Notes: generated by a model from the sequence alone, not told the origin. DNA of 61,761 nucleotides, filler included, from Squatina squatina (GCA_031763465.1; 3 parts of 3 records of this genome joined end to end with filler, not necessarily neighbours in it), one strand, 5' to 3'; counted from the first letter of the whole stretch, positions 26,591-39,139 are shown. Program-made: numbers and translations.

Positions 26591-28149
26591 ATTACCTCAA
26601 CCACTGGCCAATCTTAATGAGTGAGCCTAGGCAGCAAATGCTGGCAGACGATTTGACTGCGTAGAGCATCCCAGCTGAGCCTCATCTGCTCTCACTTGCT
26701 GTCCACACAGATGCACTTTCCAACGTAGGGGTACTGGCCAGCAACTTGGAGCAGAAACCCTGGCTGATTTCACAGAGGTGCTGGGGCCAATTGTTGCACC
26801 CTAGCACTCCCCTCAATAATGTCAGCTAACTCAGTACTGACAGAAAACTGAACCCGAGACATTCTGGGTAGTCCCTTTATCCTCAGGACCATCATGGGAG
26901 CTTGCCTATAACTTTCTTAATGCCAGATAGTACGACAATAGCCCCCTTTAATGATTAACCTTACTTCACTGCAACCCACCCTGAAAAATGACATTCTTAT
27001 GGTTAATCCATTTGCAGCAAAATAATTGGTATTCCATTTTTGTTAAACTTTCAGTAGTCTAGTCAAAGTCTCAGCAAGAATCTACTTTGCAACATTAATC
27101 TTTGACTTATGTTTTATAAAATGATTTCATTTCAATTTGCCATGCGATATTTATGGTGAATAGTGCAGTTTTAAAGAGAGATTACAACAGTCATCCACTG
27201 CGTGACCCAAGACATAACTTGGATTGTAAAGAGAGTACTATTTAATGAGCAAACAAAAGTAATTTTATCAGCCATTTTTAGTTACGGCACCTTAAAAACT
27301 GAAAAACATCTTGCGCAGTTAGAATTTAAAAAATAATTTCCATTACAAAAACTCTCATCAGGTATTCCATTAAGTGGACTCAAATGAACAGTAAGCTTTC
27401 AGCTTTTTACTATTTTTAGAATTGTTAAGAGAAAATATACATTACCTTTCCTTTTAAAAGACCCCCAATTCAGCAAACAACGGTGTTTTAAAAGTCTCTT
27501 TGCATAAACATGAACAAAAAAACTTATTGTTAAAGTGAGATGAAAGAAATGATGGCAGCCTAAGAACAGTGAGTTTCCACCAAACAACCCAATGTTAATT
27601 GCCTGTTATCTGAGCCTCAGTTATGCAAGAGGGGTCTGGTGGATATCGTTGCCTGGTACAGTACTTCTGATATATGTTCCCTTCATATTTGAAAAATTAT
27701 GGAAACATTTACGATAGTGTTTTTTTGATAGTGGGCCATTCCACTTTATGGAATGGATTTTTGAATGCACGCTGAAAATATTTTATATGTAAGAATGCTA
27801 ACAATGTCTACAATAAGCTAAGAAAAAGACCAATTAATGTAAGATTGGGTCAAGGTAAAATAGTTACATAAATTAAAACAGAAAATGAGTATAAAAAATA
27901 TTTTTGCAATCGTTTGTTTTTCTATTCAAATTCAATAAAGCTCGATANNNNNNNNNNNNNNNNNNNNNNNNNNNNNNNNNNNNNNNNNNNNNNNNNNNNN
28001 NNNNNNNNNNNNNNNNNNNNNNNNNNNNNNNNNNNNNNNNNNNNNNNGATCAATTCCATTGCACAGCTGACACTTTCAAGGTTCCAGCACACATTCAGTC
28101 AGAGATTGCCTATGTCTTATCCGAGTCTTATAACTTCAATATTAAAGAT

Positions 28150-28365
28150 TCTCTGTGCTCAGGAGTTCCCTCCTTGATCATCTCCGCCTTTTCACCTGCC
28201 TCTTGGACCCTCCTTAAAACCTCTCTCTTTGACCAAGCTTTTGGTCACCCTTTCTAATAACTCCTTCTTTGGCACAGCTTCAATCTTTGCCTGATTATGC
28301 TTTTGTGAAGCACCTTGTAATGTTTTTCGACATTAAAGGTGCTATAGAAATGCAAATTGCAGTTG
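28150..28365 (+). mobile_element. L2 LINE 3' end
   Basis: CTCCTTAAAACCTCTCTCTTTGACCAAGCTTTTGGTCACC...ATTAAAGGTGCTATAGAAATGCAA; same tail as 30692-30850 (minus) and 38108-38285. Confidence 0.7.
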
Positions 28366-28369
28366 TTGT

Positions 28370-28612
28370 GCATTGCCAAAATAGTAGAATATAAAAGTCA
28401 GGAGGAAGTAGTGATGAAACTTGATACTGCTCTGGTCAGATTGCAACTTGAATATGGAATCCAGTTCTGCTTGCCAAAAAAAAACTTTCAAGCACTGGAA
28501 GCACTATGGTGAAGAACCTGAAAGTTGATCCCTTGTGTCAGAAGTCTGAGCTTTGAGGAAAGACTGGAGAAACTTAGGCTTTTTGGCCTAGAAAGGTGAT
28601 CCTTATAAAAGG
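28370..28612 (+). mobile_element. Degenerate CR1 ORF2 fragment
   Basis: Reads EYKSQEE..MKLDTALVRLQLEYGIQFC...LSFEERLEKLRLFGLER. Confidence 0.7.
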
Positions 28613-30537
28613 TGAGTGAGAGAAAAAGAGAAAGAAAGAGAGAAACAGAGAGAGACAGAGACGAAAAGGGAAAAAAAAGCCTTACATTTCTATAGCGCCT
28701 TTCACGACCACCGGACGTCCCAAAGCGCTTTACAGCCAATTAAGTACTTTTTGAAGTGTAGTCACTGTTGTAATGCAGCAAAGTGTACAACAACTACCAC
28801 CTATACTGGCTAATAAACAGGCCAAATTGTCATACCAATGTTATCAATATGCATTAAACTCAGTTTTTCTTCATACAGTATAATAAAAGTGTCTATGTTT
28901 CATTGGTTAAAATGTCAGTATGAGAGTTTAAAGCATTCAGGTCAACAAAAAACATTTCCTCGACTCAATAAATTTTTGCCAAACAGGGCCTCACAATGAC
29001 ACAAATCACGTTTAAATGTATCACTGTACCGCATCGAAAAGGAGATGAAACGGTTTTCTCCTGCCTCCAGCCACTAAGGCGTGCTTTCTTAATGGTTCAG
29101 CTTAAATATACTGCAACACAACCAGGTATACTTGGGGAAAATGTTTTTCCAAAATGAGCACTGATTGTTCAAGATGGATCTTGCTATTTTTTTTTAATTC
29201 ATATTTTAAATATACGTGAACTAATCAGGAAATGGGTTGTAAATTAGCGAGACTGAACCAAAAACAAATTTCAGTGCATCCAGCTATCACTGAATGGAAG
29301 CTTTCAACCATTATGTTGCCAAAGAACTCCAAGTTACCACAGTAACAGATACTGTGGCCGGTCCTTTTAAGGGTTAAAATGTTACCGATGACATGGTCAT
29401 GCTCTGGGGGACCATTTACTCAAAGTAAACGATAAATCCAATCACCTGAAAACAGGGCAGAAATTCAGCCTAAAACACAAAGCTCTTTGAGCAGTTATTT
29501 ATTTATTTTAAATTACTTCAAATCTGCTGCTGGAAGATGTGGGTATGTTATGTACCAGCTTCAGTTTTGAAAAAAAAACAACTGTAATTGCTTTGCCAGC
29601 ATTCCCTTGGCATTTATGGCTCCCAAGGTTTTCAGCTTGGAAACACTCGAGAAGCATTTCATTGCCATATGACCTCAGGTACCAGTATTGCAGTGGGAAA
29701 ATGCCATGGGGTTCGGTTGTAATGCTAACACGCTCCCAAGTGCTTAATAAAACAGCTGAAAAACACGTTTCACATCTTTACTCACCACCTGTTGCCTTAT
29801 ACAGTTAATTAACAGCTTGCTCCTTAATACATTCATTCCAATTTTCCTCTTCACAGTGCAGCAACAGGTCACAAGCCACACAACCAAGCTGCATTTAACA
29901 AATATAGATCATTATGCAATATATTCAGACACCATTATTTTTCAATAATCAGCTGTTGATTAATTACATTTTTATTCTTCGGCATGCACATAGCAACAGT
30001 TGCAAGCAATGAGACACAGACCCAAAACCAGTGATCACTGAGGATTATGATTTTGTTGGGAAAGTTCCCTTTGCTTTTGATGGGACTTCTTTGCTTATAT
30101 TGAGCTTTTGGTGTGATTGGACCATATGATTGTTATATTAAAAAGACTAAACTAAGGGCTCTATATCTGAATGCATTGTAAGAGGTGCACGCAATACAGT
30201 TATTGCCTCCTTGCCCGGAGTCTTGCTGTGCTTCCCCCGCAGCCCGATTGNNNNNNNNNNNNNNNNNNNNNNNNNNNNNNNNNNNNNNNNNNNNNNNNNN
30301 NNNNNNNNNNNNNNNNNNNNNNNNNNNNNNNNNNNNNNNNNNNNNNNNNNCGACAATGAAGGAACAGCGATATACTTCCAAGTCAGGATGGTGTGTAACT
30401 TGGAGAGAAACTTGCAGGCGATGGTGTTCCCATGCGCCCTTGTACTTCCAGGTGGTAGGGGTTGCGCCTTTGGGAGGTATTTCAAATCTAGTTTTTAGTT
30501 CTTGATCGGTTGATGCTAAATATTTTTAATAACCTGT

Positions 30538-30691
30538 GGGTAGATCTTAACTTTGTGCGATAGTGTAAAACGGGTGAGTGATAGGGAGTCAGCGGCCCGA
30601 TTTACATCTCTCCCAGTTTTTATTTCCAATGGAGTCAATGGAAACAAAGATCGGGCTGCCGACTCGCCATCACCCAAAATCCAGATCTATC
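30538..30691. mobile_element. Internally palindromic MITE, same family as 12196
   Basis: Termini GGGTAGATCTTAACTTTG and CAAAATCCAGATCTATC; inner arms GAGTCAGCGGCCCGAT / ATCGGGCTGCCGACTC. Confidence 0.7.
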
Positions 30692-31412
30692 AACAGCAGC
30701 AACTTGCATTGATATAGCGCCTTTAATATAGTAAAACCAAGGCACTTGACAGGAGCGTGACCAAACAAAATTTAGCACTGAGCCACATAAGGAGATATTA
30801 GAACAGATGACCCAAAGACTTGGTCAAAGAGGTAGGTGTAAGGAGCGCCTTAAAGGAGGAGAGAGAGTTAAAGAGGCGGAAAGGTTTAGGGAAGGCATTC
30901 CAGAGCTTTGGGCCTTGGCAGCTGAAGACAAGCTGGTGAAAATCAGGGACGTGCAGCAGGCTGGAACTGGAGGAACACAGAGATCTTGGAGGGTTGAAGT
31001 TCTGTCGGAGGTTACAGAGATAGGGAGGGGAGAGGCCATGGAGGGATTTGAAAACAAGGATGAGAATTTTAAAATCAAGACGTTGCTTAACTGGGAGCCA
31101 ATGTAGGTCAGCGAACACATGCGTGATGGGTGAAAGGGACTTGCTGCGAGTTAGGACAGGGTCGGCAGAGTTCTGAATGTCCAAAAGTTTACGGAGGGTA
31201 GAACGTGGGAGGCTGGCCAGGCATGCATTGGAATAGTCAAGTCCAGAGGTAACAAATGCATGGATGAGGGTTTTAGCAGATGAGCTGAGGTAGGGCAGAG
31301 TTGGGGGACATTCCAGAGGTGGAAACAGGCGGACTTACTGATGACACGGATATGTGGTTGGAAGTTCATTCCGGGGTCAAGTATGATACCAAGATTGTGA
31401 ACAGTCTGGTTC
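30692..31412 (-). mobile_element. L2 LINE ORF2 C-terminus and 3' UTR
   Basis: ORF track reads ITHVFADLHWLPVKQRLDFKILILVFKSLHGLSPPYLCNL...FSCQGPKLWNAFP and MNFQPHIRVISKSACFHL, both L2 hallmarks. Confidence 0.9.
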
Positions 31413-32371
31413 TTTATGGTGAACTATACAAAAAATTCACTATTCTTGGTTTACCACAGTGTTATTTTGCCCAGACATAAAAGTAATACACCTCACTGTG
31501 AATCTTCTTGTGTCAAACATCTCCAAGCTCACTTTCAGAAGTTTATGCAGTAATATTTGTGAAAGAAAAAAACATAATTACTAATTAGTGAGATATTATT
31601 TGCTCACTCACAGTATCTTAAGTGTGATCCCAAGAACACGAGCTCCTGTGTTATAATTATTGGGGTGCCTTGCAAGGACGCATATGCTCCAATATGTCTG
31701 TGCATGCACATTAACATAATGCTCGATGTTAAATGGAAACTATATTGCACCTATGAGACTCTGCTTCCTGTAACACTCCTGAAATATTTAGATCCCTCTA
31801 CAGTTGCAGACCTTTCAAACTCTCTCCAATCCCATTACACAATGATCCCCCCACGCCCCGCATCCACTCATCTATATATATTTATTGTCCCACTAGCAGT
31901 AGACATAAGCACACTAAATGGAAAACCGACCAAATACTGAAGTAGCTCAGTGAAGTGCATAAAGCTATAGAATGTGTGGAAGAACTGGTTCCTTCTTCAG
32001 CCCAGAATGAGCACAATAAGGTAGCTGTACTAAATCAGGACCACATTTCTTCCAACTCTGCCAAACACAAGCTGTAGAAAAGTGCTGCCGCATTTCTGTT
32101 TGTTTTATTGTAGTGCACTATTATCCACCTTGTTGTTAAGATACAAGATTGTGTGACCACAACGATTGGGAAGGATTAAAAACCTTTTTAAAGACTTCAC
32201 ACAGAAGTATTTGGCAACATATTTTTGTGTTTCAGAAAGATGAGTTGAAGGTCATACATCATTTTTCGGTTTAGGTCACTGCATTGTGCGTTTGAGCACA
32301 TATGGAAAAAGATGTCTATAAACCATTGAGAAAAGGTTCAAACATTATTTCCTTGATAAAAAGCAAAAACT

Positions 32372-32480
32372 GGAAATCTGATGAAGGGCACACACCCAAA
32401 AATGTCATCTCCTGACTTTTCCCTTTACAGATACTGGTTGGCCTGCTGAGTATTTCCAGAGTGTTGTCATTTTATTTCAC
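32372..32480 (+). mobile_element. Penelope-like terminal repeat with decayed minimal hammerhead motif
   Basis: GGAAAT-CTGATGA-A-GGG-CACACA-CCC-AAAAATGTC-ATCTCC, then ...ACAGATACTG...CCTGCTGAGTATTTCCAG. Confidence 0.55.
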
Positions 32481-32891
32481 GTTTTTGTGAAGATACAATT
32501 CAGAAATGTGTTTGCTTTTCAAGAACAGGACACACAGGTAAAAGTAAATTCTTCACACAAAAGGAAAACAACACGTGACTCCCACTTGGTAGGGCTGTGC
32601 CTTAAACACTATTTATGTAGTTGTATTATAAACTACATACATCAATGTCATTACTCTTGATGTATAGTTTAAAAAAAAACGTCCTGATGCAGCTTGCATT
32701 GAAATCGTTCAACAAAGAAACACAGCAACTTCCAGGGTGATTCATTGACGCCAAGGGAAAGACGTGTGCCTACCTGACGTCTCTTCCAGAGNNNNNNNNN
32801 NNNNNNNNNNNNNNNNNNNNNNNNNNNNNNNNNNNNNNNNNNNNNNNNNNNNNNNNNNNNNNNNNNNNNNNNNNNNNNNNNNNNNNNNNNN

Positions 32892-33128
32892 AGGGGGATG
32901 GAGTATAAAAGTAGGGAAGTCTTGCTACAACTGTACAGGGCGCTGGTGAGACCACACCTGGAGTACTGCGAACAGTTTTGGTCCCCTTATTTAAGAAAGT
33001 ATATACTTACATTGGAGGCAGTTCAGAGGAGGTTCACTAGGTTGATCCTGGGGATGGAAGGATTGTCTTATGAGGAAAGGTTGAGCAGGTTGGGCCTATA
33101 CTCATTGGAGCTGAGAAGAATGAGAGGT
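32892..33128 (+). mobile_element. CR1 ORF2 fragment, open frame
   Basis: [34 protein letters not shown]...[36 protein letters not shown]; abuts a short minus-strand L2 piece (33128-33200). Confidence 0.9.
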
Positions 33129-33360
33129 GGAGAGGTTTAGGGAGGGAATTTCTGAGCTTAGGGCCCAGGCAGCTGAAGGCACGGCCGCCAATGGTGCAGA
33201 GAAGGTAATCAGGGAGCAAGTACACCATGGAACCCCTCTTGATCCTGACAGCTGTGGTTGAGTGAAAGTCATTTCCGGGTTGTGTTGATTTAATGAAATG
33301 TCGGCTACTTTGTGGATTCAACCTCTCAGCGTTGGCAGGTGAATGTTGACTGTTTTTCAG

Positions 33361-33512
33361 CGTGCCAAGACCTTCAATGCCCTCAGAATTGGTTACACTT
33401 TAATGGCAGCTGTTACTACTTCTCAACTAAAGCAGCCAATTGGAACTTGAGCAGCCTGTACTGCTCCCTCCGGGGGAGCAACCTTCTCGTCATTAACAAC
33501 ATTAATGAGCAG
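33361..33512 (+). CDS. C-type lectin-like domain first exon (type II membrane lectin / NK-receptor-like), isolated exon
   Basis: TTTTTCAG acceptor and CAG|GTAAGG donor, 152 nt, phase 1 to 0. Encodes CQDLQCPQNWLHFNGSCYYFSTKAANWNLSSLYCSLRGSNLLVINNINEQ, the canonical CPxxW..F..SCYYFS..W..S..C...LxxI...EQ pattern with the usual intron after EQ. Confidence 0.9.
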
Positions 33513-33519
33513 GTAAGGG

Positions 33520-33638
33520 CATTAAGCCTTATGGTACCAAGGCGGGTAGATGGAGTTAAGATCCAGGTCAGCCATGGTCTAAGTTAATGACGGAACAGGC
33601 TTGAGGGGCTGAATGGCCTCCTCCTCCTGTTCCTATGT
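33520..33638 (+). mobile_element. CR1 LINE 3' end
   Basis: ...GGAACAGGCTTGAGGGGCTGAATGGCCTCCTCCTCCTGTTCCTATGT tail. Confidence 0.7.
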
Positions 33639-35464
33639 CAGGAAAATGTGCAGCTGAGTAAATTTAGGCAAAATATTTGCATTCGTCTTTTTATAAACCC
33701 TTCTGCCCTATGTTTGCAATATTAAAGCTTGTTGGGAGTTCTTTAGTCTTTGAACATACTTAATTGTGAAGAGCTTTGTAACAACAGCAATCAAGAAAAA
33801 CGATTTAGATGGAGAAAGCAAAGAGGCAGAGTAGAATTAATGAGAGAGATAATCAGAATGAACAGAAAAATTCCCAAGAGTATAGAACAAAAGGAATGGA
33901 AAGCTAAGTGGCTGGGCAGAAAAAGGCTGAAAGCACGTGAGAAACACTCACAAAGGAGGTTAGAGACAAAGAAAGAAGATAAGGAGACTTGAAAAGGAAT
34001 TGCACAGAAAAAAGGCAAATAATACCAAAATGGGGAGCTCGGAAAAGCTGCAGATAAGAATCTTCTGAGTCTTTCACATGTAATTCAATTTTGTTAGAAT
34101 TCTACTGATTTTAATTTTGTAATTGGGATGTGAAGAGATCATATGGAAAATCTTAAAATAAGAGTGTAAAAAATGATTCGAACTGTAATTGAATTCTCAT
34201 CAATGTTAAGGGCTGATTTGGGATGGGATATTTAATATTCAATAGGTTTATCACCAGGGTATAAGGGAGTTATTGTAAAGTACTGGTGGATGTGGGATTA
34301 AATTTTAGTTAAGTAGCTGTGGCTTTCGGGTGGTTAAAAGAAAACATTACACCCATAAAACAAAAAGTGTCTGACTCTGTCCACAGTGGNNNNNNNNNNT
34401 TCATATTTTCCTTCATGTATAAAAGTTAAAGAAAAATGATTTGACTAGATTGTCATTGATTTGATCTCTGTACAAACTAAAATATACCAGCTGCGCTCGT
34501 GTGACATTGCTTACAGATAGCCTAGGATGTGGAGTTTCGCTGTTAAACTAGAGCCGTGCTTAACCTGACCTGACCCTTTGAACTCGTTGTTCAGATACTC
34601 CCTGTGAGGAATTGCTCACAAAGGGTTCTGTAGATTAGTGGCTTTTTGTAAATCTCTGGCTTTGGAGAAAGCTCATAAAAACCAGCCGGCAATAACTAGC
34701 TTTCTCCTTTGTAAAAAAAAACTTTAAAAAATACTGTTTTGCACTTGTAACGAAGTATGACACTTTAATCTGCAATGGACGCATGCTGGCTGCACGACGA
34801 TGTGACCAGAGACTGGTTAGACTGTGGAACTCGCGACTAGAAGGAGTGGTTAAGGCAAATAGCATAAATGCATTTAAGGGGAAACTAGATAAACACATGA
34901 AGGAGAAAGGAATAGAAGGATCTGCTGATACGGTTAGATGAAGTTGGGGTGGTANNNNNNNNNNNNNNNNNNNNNNNNNNNNNNNNNNNNNNNNNNNNNN
35001 NNNNNNNNNNNNNNNNNNNNNNNNNNNNNNNNNNNNNNNNNNNNNNNNNNNNNNTACTTGTCACAGAATATCCAGCATTTGACTTGCTGTTGTTGCCACA
35101 GTATTTATGTGGCTGGTCCAGTTAAGTTTCTGGTCTATGATGAAGCAGCTGAAGATGGTTGGCCCTAGGATATTGCCCTGAGGAGCTCCTGCAGCGATGT
35201 CCTAGGGCTGAGATGATTGACCTCCAACAACCACAACCATCTTCCTTTGTGCTAGGTATGACTTCAGCCAGACTGTGTAATAACTTCATTTGGATTGCAC
35301 TTATAAGTTGGATTTTTGAGGTACTATTTCAGTTTTTAACAATGCAATATAGAGTGGGTGAAAATTGTACAACTTCCTAACAAAAACTTGTTCTTTGGAG
35401 AGTTCATTGTTTGGATGTCGTTAGCATTGCATGAATTTCACTCTCATTAGCTTTCTTGTTACAG

Positions 35465-35530
35465 CACATTCCAGGCATGAAGAGAAAGCGGCAAATGGCA
35501 CCACTGTGGGCCCAACCATCCTTAAAATTG
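35465..35530 (+). CDS. C1orf159: C1orf159 homolog, internal exon (extracellular stalk)
   Basis: CTTTCTTGTTACAG acceptor, ATTG|GTAAGA donor, 66 nt, phase 1-1. Encodes HSRHEEKAANGTTVGPTILKIG with an NGT sequon and splices in frame to the next exon. Confidence 0.8.
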
Positions 35531-35655
35531 GTAAGAAAATGAGCCGAGTAAAAGAGGATGCCTTGAAGCTTTTAGCCATTGCTTAAGTAAAATCATTTCA
35601 TTTATGTAGTACACCAACAGTAAGTAAGTAATTTTCTCTCGTGTCTCTTTTTTAA

Positions 35656-35895
<240 letters not shown>

Positions 35896-36563
35896 TGATC
35901 TTATTCTTCATTCTTTCTCCACTTCCACACCAAACTCCTTTTGCTAAAAGGGAAAATAGGTGACTGTTCAATACTGTGCTCATCTCACTATGTAGCCAGT
36001 TGCTAAAGCTACAAGGATCTACCTCCTCATGTTAATATTGGATCATTTTCCCCTGCCCCCCCTTATAGAAAGTGCCTTAGCTGCGCTCGATTCTTTCTGA
36101 TCCCTTCCCCTCCGTCTCATTCCTGGTCCTACTGATATCACAAAGTTGGCACTTAACTCAAGCATGTACTTGTACTCTTTTCTCCCCCACCTCCTGCTCA
36201 CTCCTGAATAGTTTTACAGCTTTTGAAATAAATTTTACTCCATGAATCATCTTTGGATTTAAAAAAAAAACCCAACAGGCTTTGCTTCCTGCCAACTAAC
36301 AAAAGCAGCGGTTCGTGGGCCTGCTTGGGAGCTTGCTGAGCATTCGGATGCTTAAAAAGCTTCAACGGGGCAAATAGCTTCTATAGAATGATACAGCAGA
36401 CAAGGGGGCCATTCGACCAATGGTGCCTGTGCTAGCTCTTTGGTAGATCTATCCAATTAATCANNNNNNNNNNNNNNNNNNNNNNNNNNNNNNNNNNNNN
36501 NNNNNNNNNNNNNNNNNNNNNNNNNNNNNNNNNNNNNNNNNNNNNNNNNNNNNNNNNNNNNNN

Positions 36564-36918
36564 TAGGCTAGCACTCCAGTACAGTGCTGAGGGAGTGCTG
36601 CACTGTTGGAGTTGCTCTCTTTCAGATGAGACATTAAACCGAGGCACCATCTTCTCTCACAGGTGGAAATGAACAATCCAATGCCACTGTTTTGAAGGGG
36701 AGTTATCCCTGATGTCCTAACCAATATGTATCCCTCAATCAACATAACAAAACCAGATTATCTGCTCATTATCACATTACTGTTTGTGGGATCTTGCCGT
36801 GCACAAATTGGCTGCCGTGTTTCTCACATTAAAGCAATGTCTACGCTCTTCATTGGCTGTGAAGCGCTTTGAGACGTCGGTGGTCATGAAAGGTGCTATT
36901 TAAATGCAAATCTTTCTT
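36564..36918 (+). mobile_element. DeuSINE, 5' end lost in gap
   Basis: Deu domain plus tail GGTGCTATTTAAATGCAAATCTTTCTTT. Confidence 0.85.
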
Positions 36919-37748
36919 TACTTATCATAATTCTTTTTCCTGGCGTCTACCATTCAATCAGATGATAAGAGTAACATTTTAAAATAGGATTTTGATTGGT
37001 TAAACTTTGGCTCCAAGAATCATTTCTTATCAATGAGAAGTGAGAAAAGTTAAGATTGACATCGGCACTTCATAGACAAGAAGGGCCCACCTCTGCTGCC
37101 CCTTTTTACGTATTTCAAACCAAATATACAGGAAACCCATGAACAGAAAAAGACAGTTCATACCTTGTACAATAATCTGTTCAAAATGTTTTATTCACTT
37201 ATCACAAATTCACAGCAAAATATAAGAAAACATTTTCGATCCACAATTTTTGACTTCCAAATATGTGGAACAGTTTCCAACATGTAAATGGTTTTTACCT
37301 TGCTATCACTTTTAACCTGCTGCAGTTTGGAGGATTGTAGAAATGAAATACAAAAGGAGTGTGTCCAATTTGGGCTGGAAATACCTAATCTGCGTGAAAC
37401 AGGATTCACTTAGCTGGAATTTAGAGCAAAAATTACTCCGTTGACAGAAAAGAATACAAATGTGTATGGAGAGAAAATGGGCTTAAATTTTCAATATTAT
37501 TTTGCCAACAGTTAGTTCATCATTTTATTTGGGATCATTTATATTATCAAACAGGCCACCTACGAAGAATGGTGGCCTGGAGTTGCCCTGGTATTTTTCA
37601 GTGCAATTTGGCTGAAATTGGCCAAACCAATTGCCTTCATTTGCCTTACGCCAAAATTTCATCTCAATCTCCTTCGCATGTCTGGATGTAAAAATTAGCA
37701 TAAAACATGCAGAAATCAGCATACGCGATCCGCGCCCGATTAATGATT

Positions 37749-38092
37749 CAGAGACATGAGTTCAAATCCCGCCACGGCAGCTGGGGAATTTAAATTCAGT
37801 TAATTAAATAGATGGGGAACTAATAAAAAGCTGGTACCAGTAATGGTGACCATGAAACTAACGGATTGTGGTAAAAACCCATCTGGTTCACGACTGTCCT
37901 TTAGGGGAAGGAAATCTGCCGTCCTTACCCGGTCTGGCCTACATGTGACTCCAGACCCACAGCAATGTGGTTGACTCTTAACTGCTCTCTGAAATGGCCC
38001 AGTGAGACACTCAGATGTATTCAAGAAGATGGTTCCCTACCACCTTCTCAAATTAGGGAAGGGCAATAAATGTTAGTAATGAATAAAAAAAT
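37749..38092 (+). mobile_element. tRNA-type SINE with LINE-derived tail
   Basis: B-box-like GAGTTCAAATCCC, body CCTTTAGGGGAAGGAAATCTGCCGTCCTTACCCGGTCTGGCCTACATGTGACTCCAGACC, tail ending AATGAATAAAAAAA. Another head starts at ~61715. Confidence 0.75.
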
Positions 38093-38107
38093 GCTGCCTA
38101 GACCCTA

Positions 38108-38285
38108 AGCTCTGGAACTTTCTCTCTCCTCCTTTATGAGATGCGGCTTAAAGCCGACCTCTTTGGCCAAGCTTTTGGTCACCTGCCCTAATACCTCCTT
38201 ATGGGGCTCGGTGTTAAATTTTGTTTGATAATCGCTCCTGTGAAGCGCCTTGGGCCGTTTTACTGCATTAAAGGCGCTGTTGTTG
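38108..38285 (+). mobile_element. L2 LINE 3' end
   Basis: Same tail as 28150 and 30692. Confidence 0.7.
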
Positions 38286-38941
38286 TTAACCCTTGAGGTG
38301 GCCGACAAACCACCACAACCTTCAGCGGCTCAAGAAGGAGATCCCCCACCACCTTTTCAGAACAACGAGGCACGGACAATAAATGCTTGGCCTTGCCAGC
38401 GACTTCCAAATCCTGAGAACTAATTTGTAAAAATCTGCAATTAGTTATCTTTGACAGAGCGAGAAGGCAGGTAGGCTGGATCAAAGGTCAATTGCAAGGG
38501 ACAAGCTTGTAGAGCCAAAGGGCGCACTTATGTTTTTAAAAGGGTCCAGTGTTCTGAAGTTAAACTCTCTCGTATTTTGAGTTGGAAAGTTGTATCCAAT
38601 TGAAGTGTAAATAAAATTAATATTTGATATGATTTTTACATTTGTGCCAGAATGTGGGATGCTGTACAATGCACAGGGCAGATTAAGACCAGCTGTGGCA
38701 AAGCTACAACATTGCAATTAGCATCCCACTTAGGCTCATTACAACAGGAACATTACGTGTATTACTGCTATTGCTAAGTTGTTTTGGTGTTCAGCGCGCT
38801 TCAGAAATGATTGCTGTGTGGTCACCGAGTGCAAATTGCCANNNNNNNNNNNNNNNNNNNNNNNNNNNNNNNNNNNNNNNNNNNNNNNNNNNNNNNNNNN
38901 NNNNNNNNNNNNNNNNNNNNNNNNNNNNNNNNNNNNNNNNN

Positions 38942-39139
38942 TACTTCCAAATACAACAACATAACAAGGAGATCCAGGACTGGATTGGGAAAATTAACAC
39001 AGGTTCTTCCTGGTGGGATATGGGCATGAACAATAAAATCCACCCCTGGGTGAGAATAATATCTCATGTCTTAGTGATTATACAATTGATCATTGTTGTG
39101 TATTTATTGATTGAATCACGTAACCATTGTAAGAAATGA
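38942..39139 (+). other. Viral envelope-like ORF C-terminal remnant (amphipathic helix, Trp-rich segment, TM helix, short tail)
   Basis: Open for 65 codons from the gap edge: YFQIQQHNKEIQDWIGKINTGSSWWDMGMNNKIHPWVRIISHVLVIIQLIIVVYLLIESRNHCKK*. Assigned by architecture only. Confidence 0.45.

Noticed and set aside
32681-32713. GTC-CTGATGCA...GAAATCGTTC-AAC, another hammerhead-like string
   Set aside because: Core is interrupted, stem II is unconvincing and there is no second copy for support.
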